From: Burkholderiales bacterium
GTDB lineage: Bacteria; Pseudomonadota; Gammaproteobacteria; Burkholderiales; JAEUOS01
DNA: 37,408 nucleotides
Direction of reading: 5' to 3'
Assembly: GCA_031387185.1 (NCBI GenBank)
Contig: JANNCZ010000603.1
Location: 1 to 37,408, forward strand
Shown: positions 10,052-18,781 of the stretch, one piece after another
Position numbering within the stretch: position 1 is the first letter of the stretch
Layout of the letters: each line of letters begins with the position of its first letter
Made by a program: the position numbers and the translations under genes
The notes under the pieces: generated by a model
Databases searched by the model: none
Seen by the model: the letters and a program-made list of their open reading frames with translations, nothing else
Told to the model about the DNA's origin: nothing

Positions 10052-11308
10052 TCAGGCCGATGGCTCAGTAGATTTTCCCATCGCTGCGGCCAATGCCTGC
10101 GCGCACGCCACGGCGGATGCCCAGGCCCACTGAAAGTTGTAACCCCCCAGCCAGCCAGTCACGTCCACGGCTTCGCCGATGAAATAAAGGCCCGGCGCTT
10201 TGGACGACGCCATCGTCTGCGACGACAGCTCGCGCGTATCGACACCGCCCACTGTCACCTCGGCCTTGCGAAAACCTTCGGTACCGTTCGGCGTCAGTTG
10301 CCATTGATTGACGCGCGCGCCCAGTTGCGCGAGCACACGATCTGGGCAATCGGCAAGCAACACGCTGGCCGCACCGGGGACGGCTTCACACAGAGTTTGC
10401 GCCAGACGGCGCGGCAGCCAATGCGTGACAGCCGTCACCACGTTGCCGCGCGCGTTACCACCCTGCCGCTTGGCTGCGATGAGTTGCGCGCTGACATCCA
10501 CACCGTGCAACAGATCAATGCACAGGGAACCACCCGAGTGCCAGAAGGTTGATATCTGCAATATCGCCGGGCCGCTCAACCCTTTGTGGGTGAACAGCAA
10601 GTCCTCAGAAAATTGCGCCACACCATACGGTCCGCTGGTCTCAATCTTCACTTCGCTGGCCACACCAGCGAGGGCCGCGAAAGGCTGCCACGCGTCACCC
10701 GCGAACGTGAGCGGCACCAGCGCCGGCCGTGGCTCAATGATCTTGTGGCCAAACTGGCGGGCGATGCGATAGGCGAAATCGGTGGCGCCGATTTTGGGAA
10801 TCGACAGCCCACCGGTGGCGACCACGATGCATGCGGCGCTGATACTGCCCGCTTGCACGGTATCGATCACATAGCGGGCGCTCTCATGGCGCACACCTTT
10901 AACTTCGCAGCCGGTACGCCAGGCCACATCGCCCGCCGCGCACTCCGCCTGCAACATCGCAATGATCTGTTCCGCCGAGTCATCGCAAAACAATTGCCCG
11001 CGATGTTTTTCGTGAAACGCAATGCGATGCTTGCGCACCAGCGCGACGAAGTCAGCAGACCGGAAACGCGCCAACGCCGAGCGGCAAAAATGCGGATTGC
11101 GCGAAATGAAGTGTTCCGGCGCAGCGTTGACGTTGGTGAAATTGCAGCGCCCACCGCCGGAAATGCGGATTTTTTCGCCAATCTTTGACGCGTGATCGAT
11201 CAGCACCACGCGCAGCCCGCGCTGTCCCGCTTGCGCGGCGCACATCATGCCGGCAGCACCTGCGCCGATCACTGCGACATCGAATTGCTGCATTGGCTGC
11301 GATTGCAT
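10052..11308 (-). CDS. HI0933/BaiN-like NAD(P)/FAD-dependent oxidoreductase
   Basis: It has the Rossmann motif DVAVIGAGAAGMMCA, the GGGRCNFTN motif characteristic of the HI0933-like family, and C-terminal YFIGEAVDVTGWLGGYNFQWAW. The start is taken at ATG 11308 (MQSQPMQQFD). Confidence 0.8.
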   Translation of the reverse strand: MQSQPMQQFDVAVIGAGAAGMMCAAQAGQRGLRVVLIDHASKIGEKIRISGGGRCNFTNVNAAPEHFISRNPHFCRSALARFRSADFVALVRKHRIAFHEKHRGQLFCDDSAEQIIAMLQAECAAGDVAWRTGCEVKGVRHESARYVIDTVQAGSISAACIVVATGGLSIPKIGATDFAYRIARQFGHKIIEPRPALVPLTFAGDAWQPFAALAGVASEVKIETSGPYGVAQFSEDLLFTHKGLSGPAILQISTFWHSGGSLCIDLLHGVDVSAQLIAAKRQGGNARGNVVTAVTHWLPRRLAQTLCEAVPGAASVLLADCPDRVLAQLGARVNQWQLTPNGTEGFRKAEVTVGGVDTRELSSQTMASSKAPGLYFIGEAVDVTGWLGGYNFQWAWASAVACAQALAAAMGKSTEPSA

Positions 11309-11393
11309 CACGCAACGGCGAGCGCACCTGCGCCGCAAGCGCTGCCGTACATCTTGAACTGACTACCGGCCAAGCTCGCAGCCACCAGCCTCT

Positions 11394-12446
11394 TCACCAA
11401 GATGCTTCCCGGTGATACCCAGTCACCCGCTCGACTTCATTCTTCGACCCCAGAATCACACCGATACGCTGATGCAGCGCTTCGGGCTGGATATCGAGAA
11501 TGCGCTGGCGCCCATTGGTCGCCGCGCCACCCGCTTGCTCGACGATGAAAGCCATCGGGTTGGCTTCGTACATCAGGCGCAGACGGCCCTTGACGTGTTT
11601 GGTGTCCTGCGGATACATGAATATGCCGCCGCGCGTGAGGATCCGGAAACAGTCGGCCACCATGGACGCGATCCAGCGCATGTTGAAGTCGCGCGCGCGC
11701 ACGCCGGTTTGCCCCGCAAGGCACTCTTCGATGTATCTGCGCACCGGTGCGTCCCAGTTGCGCATGTTGCTCATGTTGATGGCAAATTCACTGGTGTCCT
11801 CGGGAATCCTCACTTGATCCTGGGTCAGCACAAAGCTGCCCATCTCGCGATCCAGTGTGAACACCGCGACGCCGTGACCATGCGTGAGGACCAGCAACGT
11901 CGCTGGGCCATAGACAGCAAAACCGGCAGCGACCTGTTTCGCACCGGGTTGCAAAAAGGCCAGGTCATCCGGTTCAGTCACACCTTCAGGGCAACGCAGC
12001 ACCGAAAAAATGGTGCCGATTGACACGTTGACGTCAATATTCGATGAGCCATCAAGCGGGTCGAACAGCAGCAGATACTCGCCTTTCGGATAGCGGTTGG
12101 GAATAGGATGCACGCACTCCATTTCTTCTGACACCATCGCTGCCAGGTGGCCCCCCCATTCGTTCGCTTCGAGCAGCACGTCATTGGCGATCACATCGAG
12201 TTTCTTCTGCGCCTCGCCCTGCACATTGCCGCTGCCCGCTTCACCGAGCACATTGGCGAGCGCACCTTTGGACACTGCGTTGCTGATGTTCTTGCATGCG
12301 CGCGCCACCACTTCAATCAGCAGGCGCAGATCGGCTGGTAGCGTGCCGCCACCCGCAATGGCGGCGTTGGCGCCGGCAGCGCCAGCGGCGGAATAGGCGC
12401 GCTGTTGTTCAATCAGGTAACGGGAGAGGGAGACGCGGCGGGCCAT
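11394..12446 (-). CDS. fbp: class 1 fructose-1,6-bisphosphatase
   Basis: FBPase class 1 motifs are present: [45 protein letters not shown]. The start is at ATG 12446 ([15 protein letters not shown]). Confidence 0.92.
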   Translation of the reverse strand: MARRVSLSRYLIEQQRAYSAAGAAGANAAIAGGGTLPADLRLLIEVVARACKNISNAVSKGALANVLGEAGSGNVQGEAQKKLDVIANDVLLEANEWGGHLAAMVSEEMECVHPIPNRYPKGEYLLLFDPLDGSSNIDVNVSIGTIFSVLRCPEGVTEPDDLAFLQPGAKQVAAGFAVYGPATLLVLTHGHGVAVFTLDREMGSFVLTQDQVRIPEDTSEFAINMSNMRNWDAPVRRYIEECLAGQTGVRARDFNMRWIASMVADCFRILTRGGIFMYPQDTKHVKGRLRLMYEANPMAFIVEQAGGAATNGRQRILDIQPEALHQRIGVILGSKNEVERVTGYHREASW

Positions 12447-12556
12447 AGAGTATGTCGCTCGTGAAAGTAAAGGGTTAGGCAACGCCCAATTATCCCATTG
12501 GCGCACACGACCAGAGGCACAGGTAGAATGCATTCGCTTCCATCACGCCAGCCGCC

Positions 12557-13267
12557 ATGAACCCCGACGACGTCGCGCAATATCTGCAGCACAACCCGAA
12601 GTTTTTCGACGACTACGCCGATATGCTGGCGCAGATTTTCGTGCCGCACCCGCACGGTGGGCGCGCCATCTCGCTGCCTGAAAAGCAGATGCTCACACTG
12701 CGCGAAAAAAATCGCACGCTCGATCATTCGATTGCCGGACTGGTGGAAGCCGGTCACGCCAACGACGCGCTCTCGACCAAGATGCATCGCGCAACGCTCG
12801 CGCTGCTGCGCCTGCCCAAAGATGCGCCCGACCGCTTGATCGAAACCCTGACCTATCACCTGCGCGAAGATTTCGCCGTGCCGCATACCGCGTTCCGCGT
12901 GTGGGGGACGCGCAGCGAATTCACCACCATCGATGGCAGCCTTGGCGTCAGCGCGGCGATGCGCGACGCCGTTGCCAGCGCGACGTCGCCGTTGCAACTG
13001 CCGTACTGCGGCCCGGTGGCGCAGTTTCGGCATGGCGATACGATGCTCGGGACCGAAGTGGCCGGCTGGTTCGGCGATGCCGCGCCACATGTCAAATCAC
13101 TCGCGGTCATGTCGCTGATTGCCGTGCACGCTGATGGCACCAGCGCTGGCGGCGTGCTCGCGCTCGGCAGTGAAGACGAGCAGCGTTTTTATACGGGCAT
13201 GGGCACCATGTATCTGGAGCGCCTCGCCGATCTGCTGTCGGCTGCGCTGGCACACATCTTTCCCTGA
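12557..13267 (+). CDS. DUF484 (YigA-like) protein
   Basis: 236 aa with the N-terminus MNPDDVAQYLQHNPKFFDDY typical of DUF484. It lies immediately upstream of xerC, the usual position of yigA. Confidence 0.75.
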   Translation: MNPDDVAQYLQHNPKFFDDYADMLAQIFVPHPHGGRAISLPEKQMLTLREKNRTLDHSIAGLVEAGHANDALSTKMHRATLALLRLPKDAPDRLIETLTYHLREDFAVPHTAFRVWGTRSEFTTIDGSLGVSAAMRDAVASATSPLQLPYCGPVAQFRHGDTMLGTEVAGWFGDAAPHVKSLAVMSLIAVHADGTSAGGVLALGSEDEQRFYTGMGTMYLERLADLLSAALAHIFP

Positions 13268-13278
13268 CGCGCAGTGCC

Positions 13279-14361
13279 ATGAATGACGCGGGCGCAACGC
13301 AGATCGACGCGTTCGCCGCGTATCTTGCAGGCGAGCGGCAGTATTCCCCGGCCACCATCGTCGCCTACCGGCAAAGCCTGGATGAACTCCGTCGCATCAT
13401 CGCGCCCAACACCTTCGAGGGCATCGCGCCCCCGGCAATTCGCACCGCCGTGACGCGCCTCGCATCAATGGGCCGCCAGCCGCGCAGCATCGCGCGCGCT
13501 CTCTCGGCGTGGCGCAGTTTTTACCGCTGGGGAGTGCGCCATCAAACCTTCAGCGCTAACCCTGCCGCCGGCATTCGTGCGCCGAGGGCCGCCAAGCCAC
13601 TGCCCAAGGCACTTTCGGTCGATCACGCGGTCGCTCTGCTGGAGCGCGGCGCGCTGCCCGATTCGCCGAATGCAGAAATTGATGCTGCCGATATACGCGA
13701 TGCCGCCATGTTTGAATTGTTCTACTCGTCAGGCCTGCGCCTCGCTGAGTTGATCGGGCTCGACGCCGTTCCACAAGCAGGCTCAACCGGCTGGGTCGAT
13801 GATGCGGCTGGCGAAGTGACTGTCACCGGCAAGGGCCGCAAGACACGCACGGTGCCGGTAGGGAAAAAAGCCCTCGAAGCGCTGGCGCGCTGGCGCACCG
13901 TGCGCTCAGAGTTGCTGCACCGGGGCAGCGACGACACCGCGCCAGTCACCCGGTCCCGCGCTGGCCAGCCCGTCGATGCGGCAGACGAAGCCGCCTTGTT
14001 CCTCTCTCCGCGCGGACGCCGCGTCTCGCCCGCGCTCGTCTACACGCGCCTGAAACGCTGGACGATCAAGGCCGGCGTGCCTGCGCATGTGCATCCGCAT
14101 GTGCTGCGCCACTCGTTCGCCACCCACATGCTGCAATCGACCGGTGACCTGCGTGCGGTGCAGGAACTGCTCGGCCACGCCAACATCGCCACCACACAGG
14201 TGTACACGAATCTCGATTTTCAGGCCCTGGCCAAGGTGTACGATGCCAGCCATCCGCGTGCCAAGCTTGTAGATGCGGCCAGGGCACGCAAACGAAGCAG
14301 TGGAGATGAAACTGCTGCTTCGCCCCAGATGCCGCCAAGCACCGTAAGGAGCAAACCATGA
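13279..14361 (+). CDS. xerC: tyrosine site-specific recombinase XerC
   Basis: The N-terminal SAM-like domain begins IDAFAAYLAGERQYSPATIVAYR. Catalytic motifs are ELFYSSGLRLAEL (R), HVLRHSFATHML (HxxR) and LGHANIATTQVYT (H..Y). At 360 aa it is longer than I would expect for XerC. It carries an Arg/Asp/Ala-rich insertion (HRGSDDTAPVTRSRAGQPVDAADE) and a roughly 35-aa C-terminal tail. Confidence 0.88.
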   Translation: MNDAGATQIDAFAAYLAGERQYSPATIVAYRQSLDELRRIIAPNTFEGIAPPAIRTAVTRLASMGRQPRSIARALSAWRSFYRWGVRHQTFSANPAAGIRAPRAAKPLPKALSVDHAVALLERGALPDSPNAEIDAADIRDAAMFELFYSSGLRLAELIGLDAVPQAGSTGWVDDAAGEVTVTGKGRKTRTVPVGKKALEALARWRTVRSELLHRGSDDTAPVTRSRAGQPVDAADEAALFLSPRGRRVSPALVYTRLKRWTIKAGVPAHVHPHVLRHSFATHMLQSTGDLRAVQELLGHANIATTQVYTNLDFQALAKVYDASHPRAKLVDAARARKRSSGDETAASPQMPPSTVRSKP

Positions 14362-14376
14362 TGATGTTCTTGAACG

Positions 14377-14607
14377 ATGTTCTTGATTGTTGTGACCATC
14401 ATCGCCGTTGTGGTGATTGTGATGATCTTCAGCGGCAAAGCACGTGCATCGGGTTGGTCCGGTGTTGATTCGGACAGCAGCTTCAGTTCTGATTCGTCAA
14501 GCTCAAACTCCTGGTTCTCCAGCAGTTCAAGCGACAGCGGCGGGAGCAGCAGTGACAGCGGTGGCGGTGGCGGTGGTGATAGCGGCGGTGGAGGCAGCAG
14601 CGATTGA
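14377..14607 (+). CDS. small single-pass membrane protein with Asp/Ser/Gly low-complexity tail (unknown function)
   Basis: 76 aa. The hydrophobic N-terminus is MFLIVVTIIAVVVIVMIF and the tail is ...DSDSSFSSDSSSSNSWFSSSSSDSGGSSSDSGGGGGGDSGGGGSSD. It starts 15 nt after the xerC stop, and its TGA overlaps the rlmI TTG start. There is no clear Shine-Dalgarno and local GC is lower than in the flanks, so coding status is not secure. Confidence 0.45.
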   Translation: MFLIVVTIIAVVVIVMIFSGKARASGWSGVDSDSSFSSDSSSSNSWFSSSSSDSGGSSSDSGGGGGGDSGGGGSSD

Positions 14608-15833
14608 CACGCATCACGCTTAAACCCGGCAAGGAAAAATCGCTGCTGCGCCGCCACCCCTGGGTATTTTCCGGCGCGATTGCAAAGGTCGAAGGCAATC
14701 CGCTGAGTGGCGCGACGGTAAGCGTCACGGAGCACGACGGCCATTTTCTGGCGCACGCTGCATTCAGCCCGCAGTCGCAGATCCGCGCACGCGTCTGGAG
14801 TTGGAACGAGGCCGAGCCGGTCGATGCCGCTCTCGTGGCGCGCGCCATTCACGCCAGCGTGGCGCGACGCACCCAATCCACCCAATCCACCCAACCCATC
14901 CAACCCCAACCGAATGTACCGGCACAGCACAGCGCCTTGCAGCGTCTGATTCACGGCGAGTCCGACGGTTTGCCCGGCGTGGTGGCCGACCGCTATCACG
15001 ACACTGTGGTGGTGCAATTACTCAGTGCCGGTGCCGAGCATTGGCGCGATACGATCACCGCAACCTTGGCTGCGCTGCCCGGCGTCACGCGCGTGTACGA
15101 ACGCTCCGACGCCGACGTACGTGTGCTCGAAGGTCTCGCACCGCGCACCGGTGTGCTGCACGGCGATATGCCGCCGGCGCGCATCGCGATTCACGAAGCA
15201 GCTTCCGGCACCCAGTATTGGGTCGATGTGGCAGAAGGCCACAAGACCGGCTTCTATCTCGACCAAGCACTCAACCGCGCGCACGTTGGTGAGCATGCCG
15301 CCGGGCGCGAGGTGCTCAACTGCTTTTGCTACACCGGCGGCTTTTCGCTGGCCGCCTTGCAAGGCGGCGCAACGTCGGTACTGTCAATCGACTCTTCCGG
15401 CCCCGCGCTCGCACTCGCGCGCGACAACGTCACCCTCAATGGACTCGAAGCGGCGCGCGCCGAATGGCGTGAAGCCGATGTCTTCAAAGAATTGCGCGAG
15501 CTGCGCAATCAGGGCCGCTCGTTTGACCTGATCGTGCTCGACCCGCCGAAATTTGCCCCCACGCCAGCGTCGGTGGAGCGCGCCGCACGCGCCTATAAAG
15601 ACATCAACCTGCTCGGCTTCAAGCTGTTGCGTCCAGGCGGGCGGCTCTATACCTTCTCATGTTCAGGCGGCGTATCTGCCGACCTGTTTCAAAAAATCGT
15701 TGCCGGTGCAGCACTCGATGCCGGTGTCGACGCACGCATCGAAACGCGCCTCGCCGCAGCCCCTGATCATCCCGTACTGCTCAGCTTTCCGGAAGGCGAG
15801 TACCTGAAAGGCCTTGTGCTGCAACGGTCTTGA
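14604..15833 (+). CDS. rlmI: 23S rRNA (cytosine-C5) SAM-dependent methyltransferase RlmI-like (PUA + class I MTase)
   Basis: The N-terminus LKPGKEKSLLRRHPWVFSGAI is the conserved RlmI start. The MTase core reads VLNCFCYTGGFSLAA...LDPPKF. It uses a TTG start. Confidence 0.85.
   Translation: MTRITLKPGKEKSLLRRHPWVFSGAIAKVEGNPLSGATVSVTEHDGHFLAHAAFSPQSQIRARVWSWNEAEPVDAALVARAIHASVARRTQSTQSTQPIQPQPNVPAQHSALQRLIHGESDGLPGVVADRYHDTVVVQLLSAGAEHWRDTITATLAALPGVTRVYERSDADVRVLEGLAPRTGVLHGDMPPARIAIHEAASGTQYWVDVAEGHKTGFYLDQALNRAHVGEHAAGREVLNCFCYTGGFSLAALQGGATSVLSIDSSGPALALARDNVTLNGLEAARAEWREADVFKELRELRNQGRSFDLIVLDPPKFAPTPASVERAARAYKDINLLGFKLLRPGGRLYTFSCSGGVSADLFQKIVAGAALDAGVDARIETRLAAAPDHPVLLSFPEGEYLKGLVLQRS
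14870..14905 (+). repeat. in-frame 9-bp tandem repeat (4 units) inside rlmI
   Basis: The units are cacccaatc cacccaatc cacccaacc catccaacc. They encode TQS-TQS-TQP-IQP in a linker of RlmI. Confidence 0.8.
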
Positions 15834-15869
15834 GCGCATTGACCGCTGCGTCGACGTTACATTGCACGC

Positions 15870-16586
15870 TCAATTGTCCTTATAAGAATTGGGCAGCCCG
15901 GTAAACCAGGGCGCACGCCGGCCCACGCATTTTTCCAGCATGTCCATCTCCCAGTCCTCGTGGGAATTATCCACTTTGGCATCCACAATCCACCTTCCGT
16001 CGCGCGGCTCGTTGAGCACAAATTTCGGGCGATGGTGTGATGCCGCAATGAGTTCTTTTTGCGACGTGTCTTTCATGCCGGTCAACTCGATGGCACCGTA
16101 GCAAGTGCAAAAGTAAGTGCCTTCGCCGCGCGACTCCATATAGCAGCCAGTGCCGCGAATGCCCGCTGTGACGGTGGGTGTAGCGATGGTGACTTGTGTA
16201 CCCGTGCGTTTGCCAAACACCGCGCCGACGGCACCGGTAAGCATACGCAAACCCGACACCACATAGTCGCCCATCGGCGATTTATCGATGCGCAACTCGG
16301 AGCGCTCGCGCAAAAAAAATGCATCGCCGCCGACCACGAACACCACCTTGCCGTCAGACCCGGTCATCACCGTATCGCCCGCTTTGATGACCGCCTTGTC
16401 ATTGATGCGCTCGCCATTGACGCGCACCACACCCTTGATTTCGTGAACGGTGTCGGGCTGCCGCTGCGCCCAGAGGGCTGGCGCGGCACCGCCAGCAGCC
16501 AGACCGGTGGCACCCTGCAAGAAGCGGCGCCGCGATACAAATGCGGGTGCAACGCGGGCGGTGAGGATGGATTCAAGGCGATTCAT
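15870..16586 (-). CDS. Tat-signal FecR-domain protein (periplasmic, unknown role)
   Basis: Translation starts at ATG 16586: MNRLESILTARVAPAFVSRRRFLQGATGLAAGGAAPALWA (twin-arginine signal). A FecR-like segment follows (KGVVRVNGERINDKAVIKAGDTVMTGSDGKVVFVVG), and the C-terminal part is Cys/His-rich (GTGCYMESRGEGTYFCTCYG...SHH). The ORF-track start at 16751 adds 55 unlikely residues. Confidence 0.7.
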   Translation of the reverse strand: MNRLESILTARVAPAFVSRRRFLQGATGLAAGGAAPALWAQRQPDTVHEIKGVVRVNGERINDKAVIKAGDTVMTGSDGKVVFVVGGDAFFLRERSELRIDKSPMGDYVVSGLRMLTGAVGAVFGKRTGTQVTIATPTVTAGIRGTGCYMESRGEGTYFCTCYGAIELTGMKDTSQKELIAASHHRPKFVLNEPRDGRWIVDAKVDNSHEDWEMDMLEKCVGRRAPWFTGLPNSYKDN

Positions 16587-16870
16587 GCAGGGGCTCCGAT
16601 GAATGTTGTGGGGGATGATACGTGAGCCCGCTGACTGCGGATGCAAGCTTGGTCTCTGCGCCAGATGCGGGATGCCGGCTGGAGAAGCGCGCATCCGCAG
16701 AAGCTTGCGCTGGCCCCGCGATTCCGGCCATACGTGATTTCCGCAAAACACGCCGAAGCCTTGCGCCCAGGCTCACACCTCGTTGGAAGTGCGTCAGACA
16801 GCCCGCGTGACACGGATTCTGGTATCCTCGCGCCCCTTCAAAAGCCCCGGCATTGTCCGCAGGAGCCAGC

Positions 16871-17905
16871 ATGGCCGATTCCGTTTCCGCACCCGCCTCA
16901 ACATCCGCTTCCGCGTCTACCGCTGCATCTGCGCTTGTTCCTGTGACCATCCTGACCGGCTTTCTCGGTGCCGGCAAAACCACGTTGCTCAATCGCATCC
17001 TCAGTGAGCAGCACGGCCACAAGATTGCCGTGATTGAAAACGAATTTGGCGAAGAAGGCATCGACAATGACATCCTGCTGCGCGAAGCCGGGCAGGAACA
17101 GATCATCGAAATGAACAACGGCTGCATCTGCTGCACCGTGCGCGGCGACCTGGTGCGCATCCTCGGTGACCTGCAGCGCAAGCGCGAGGCCAAAACGCTG
17201 TCGTTTGACCGCATCATCATCGAGACCACCGGTCTGGCAGATCCGGCGCCCGTGGCGCAAACCTTCTTCATTGACGAGGCCATCGGCAACTACTATCTGC
17301 TCGATGCCATCGTCACCGTGGTCGATGCCAAGCACGCGCAAACGCAGTTGGACGAGCACCACGAAGCGCAGGAACAGGTGGGCTTTGCCGACCGCATCCT
17401 GCTCTCAAAAACTGATCTCGTGAGCGAACCGGAACAGATCAAACTCAAAGAGCGCCTGGTCAAGATGAACCCGCGCGCACCGATCAAGGCGGTGCACTTC
17501 GGCAACACGCCGATTGATGACATCCTCGACATTCGCGGCTTCAACCTCAACTCCATCCTCGAAATCGAACCCGATTTTCTTGAAGACAACGAGCACGAGC
17601 ATGATGACGCCGTGAAATCGTTCATCTTCAAGACCGACAAGGCGTTCGACTCGGTCAAGCTCGAAGAATTTTTGTCCGCCATGATTCAGGTTTATGCGCA
17701 GGACATGATGCGCTATAAAGGTGTTCTCAGTGTATCTGGGCAAAGCCGCCGCGTGGTTTTTCAGGGAGTACACATGATGATGGGGGGCGACCTCGCAAAA
17801 CCCTGGGGCGCTGACGAAAAGAGAACGAGTAAAATGGTTTTCATCGGTCGCAACCTGCCGCAGGAAGTATTCACCAAGGGGTTGGAGTTGTGTACCGTCA
17901 GTTGA
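16871..17905 (+). CDS. COG0523-family (CobW/YjiA/ZigA-like) metal-chaperone GTPase
   Basis: It has the Walker A motif GFLGAGKTTLLN, the family-defining CXCC motif (NNGCICCTVRGDL), ETTGLADP, and an acidic/His linker EDNEHEHDD. ATG 16871 is preceded by AGGAG. Confidence 0.88.
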   Translation: MADSVSAPASTSASASTAASALVPVTILTGFLGAGKTTLLNRILSEQHGHKIAVIENEFGEEGIDNDILLREAGQEQIIEMNNGCICCTVRGDLVRILGDLQRKREAKTLSFDRIIIETTGLADPAPVAQTFFIDEAIGNYYLLDAIVTVVDAKHAQTQLDEHHEAQEQVGFADRILLSKTDLVSEPEQIKLKERLVKMNPRAPIKAVHFGNTPIDDILDIRGFNLNSILEIEPDFLEDNEHEHDDAVKSFIFKTDKAFDSVKLEEFLSAMIQVYAQDMMRYKGVLSVSGQSRRVVFQGVHMMMGGDLAKPWGADEKRTSKMVFIGRNLPQEVFTKGLELCTVS

Positions 17906-17977
17906 TTCCGGACAGAACCTTTTTTTGGACAATCATGACGCATTTCATCAAGACGCATCAGGCATAAGAGGCAAGCA

Positions 17978-18418
17978 ATGGCAACCGCAGTGAAAAAAAA
18001 AGCACCCGTCAAGATTCCGACCGAGTCGGAATTGCTGCGCATGCCTGCCAAGGAGTACATGAATGATGTGCAGATGGCGTTTTTCAGGGATCGTCTGAAA
18101 CTGTTGAAGCAGGAGTTGCTCAACAACGCGGGTGAAACCTCCGAGCATCTGCGCGAAACGCCGTCAGTACCCGACCCCGCTGACCGCGCCACGATTGAAG
18201 AAGAGCACGCTCTCGAATTGCGCACGCGCGACCGCGAACGCAAGCTGATGAAGAAAATCGAGCAGGCACTCGCGCGCATCGAAACCGGCGAATACGGCTA
18301 TTGCGACGAGACTGGCGACGCCATCGGGCTTAAGCGCCTGCTCGCCCGGCCCACCGCCAACCTCTCCATCGAAGCACAACAGCGCCGCGAACTCAAGCAG
18401 AAAATGTACGGCGATTGA
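17978..18418 (+). CDS. dksA: RNA polymerase-binding transcription factor DksA (zinc-finger cysteines largely absent)
   Basis: 146 aa with the coiled-coil tip region VPDPADRATIEEEHALELRTRDRERKL. The C-terminal region reads YGYCDETGDAIGLKRLLARPTANLSIEAQQ. An AAGAGG RBS lies upstream. Confidence 0.9.
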   Translation: MATAVKKKAPVKIPTESELLRMPAKEYMNDVQMAFFRDRLKLLKQELLNNAGETSEHLRETPSVPDPADRATIEEEHALELRTRDRERKLMKKIEQALARIETGEYGYCDETGDAIGLKRLLARPTANLSIEAQQRRELKQKMYGD

Positions 18419-18439
18419 GGTTCTACGGTTGAGGATTGC

Positions 18440-18467
18440 AACGGCGGCTTTGGCCGCTGTTTTGTTT
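18440..18467 (+). terminator. rho-independent terminator after dksA
   Basis: The sequence is AACGGCGGC-tttg-GCCGCTGTT, a 9-bp stem with one G-U pair, followed by ttgttt. It begins 22 nt after the dksA stop. Confidence 0.6.
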
Positions 18468-18617
18468 GGCGGGCCTCCGCATGAGTTTATTTGAGGATGC
18501 GCTTGTATCCACTGCATGTATCGTCAGCGGTGCCCTGCACCCAAACTCCCGCCAAAGCGAAGCACCAAAACTACTCTTGGCTGCTTCAAAAGCATGCGAA
18601 TTTTGCTTTGGGTCAGC

Positions 18618-18623
18618 TATAAT
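18618..18623 (+). promoter_or_regulatory. candidate -10 box for tRNA-Phe
   Basis: A perfect TATAAT ends 10 nt upstream of the mature tRNA 5' end. I could find no convincing -35. Confidence 0.35.
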
Positions 18624-18633
18624 AGTGGGCTTC

Positions 18634-18709
18634 GGCCAAGTAGCTCAGTCGGTAGAGCAGAGGATTGAAAATCCTTGTGTCGGTGGTTCGATTCCGCCCT
18701 TGGCCACCA
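18634..18709 (+). tRNA. tRNA-Phe (anticodon GAA)
   Basis: 76 nt: GGCCAAGTAGCTCAGTCGGTAGAGCAGAGGATTGAAAATCCTTGTGTCGGTGGTTCGATTCCGCCCTTGGCCACCA. The acceptor stem is GGCCAAG/CTTGGCC. The D-loop (AGCTCAGTCGGTAGAGC), T-loop (GGTTCGATTCC), GAA anticodon in a 7-nt loop and encoded CCA are all present. Confidence 0.95.
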
Positions 18710-18720
18710 ATCATTCTTGA

Positions 18721-18762
18721 AAAGGCTTGCGTTGGGTTCTCCACGCAAGCCTTTTCATTTTT
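18721..18762 (+). terminator. rho-independent terminator after tRNA-Phe
   Basis: AAAGGCTTGCGT (18721-18732) pairs perfectly with ACGCAAGCCTTT (18743-18754) and is followed by tcattttt. Confidence 0.65.
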
Positions 18763-18781
18763 CAGCAGAGATTCACACATC

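Noticed and set aside
14358-14468. Alternative-frame 36-aa Cys-rich ORF (MMMFLNDVLDCCDHHRRCGDCDDLQRQSTCIGLVRC) whose ATG overlaps the xerC stop as ATGA.
   Set aside because: It is most simply a frame-shifted reading of the GTN/ATN-rich hydrophobic codons of the 76-aa ORF. It is shorter, has no recognisable family, and ends arbitrarily. It is worth a glance in ribosome-profiling data, but I do not call it.
16587-16870. Expected a Zur box upstream of the COG0523-dksA pair.
   Set aside because: No AT-rich palindrome of the TGTTATnnnATAACA type is visible. The region is GC-rich, and its only strong symmetry is the CTGCGGATGC/GCATCCGCAG repeat.
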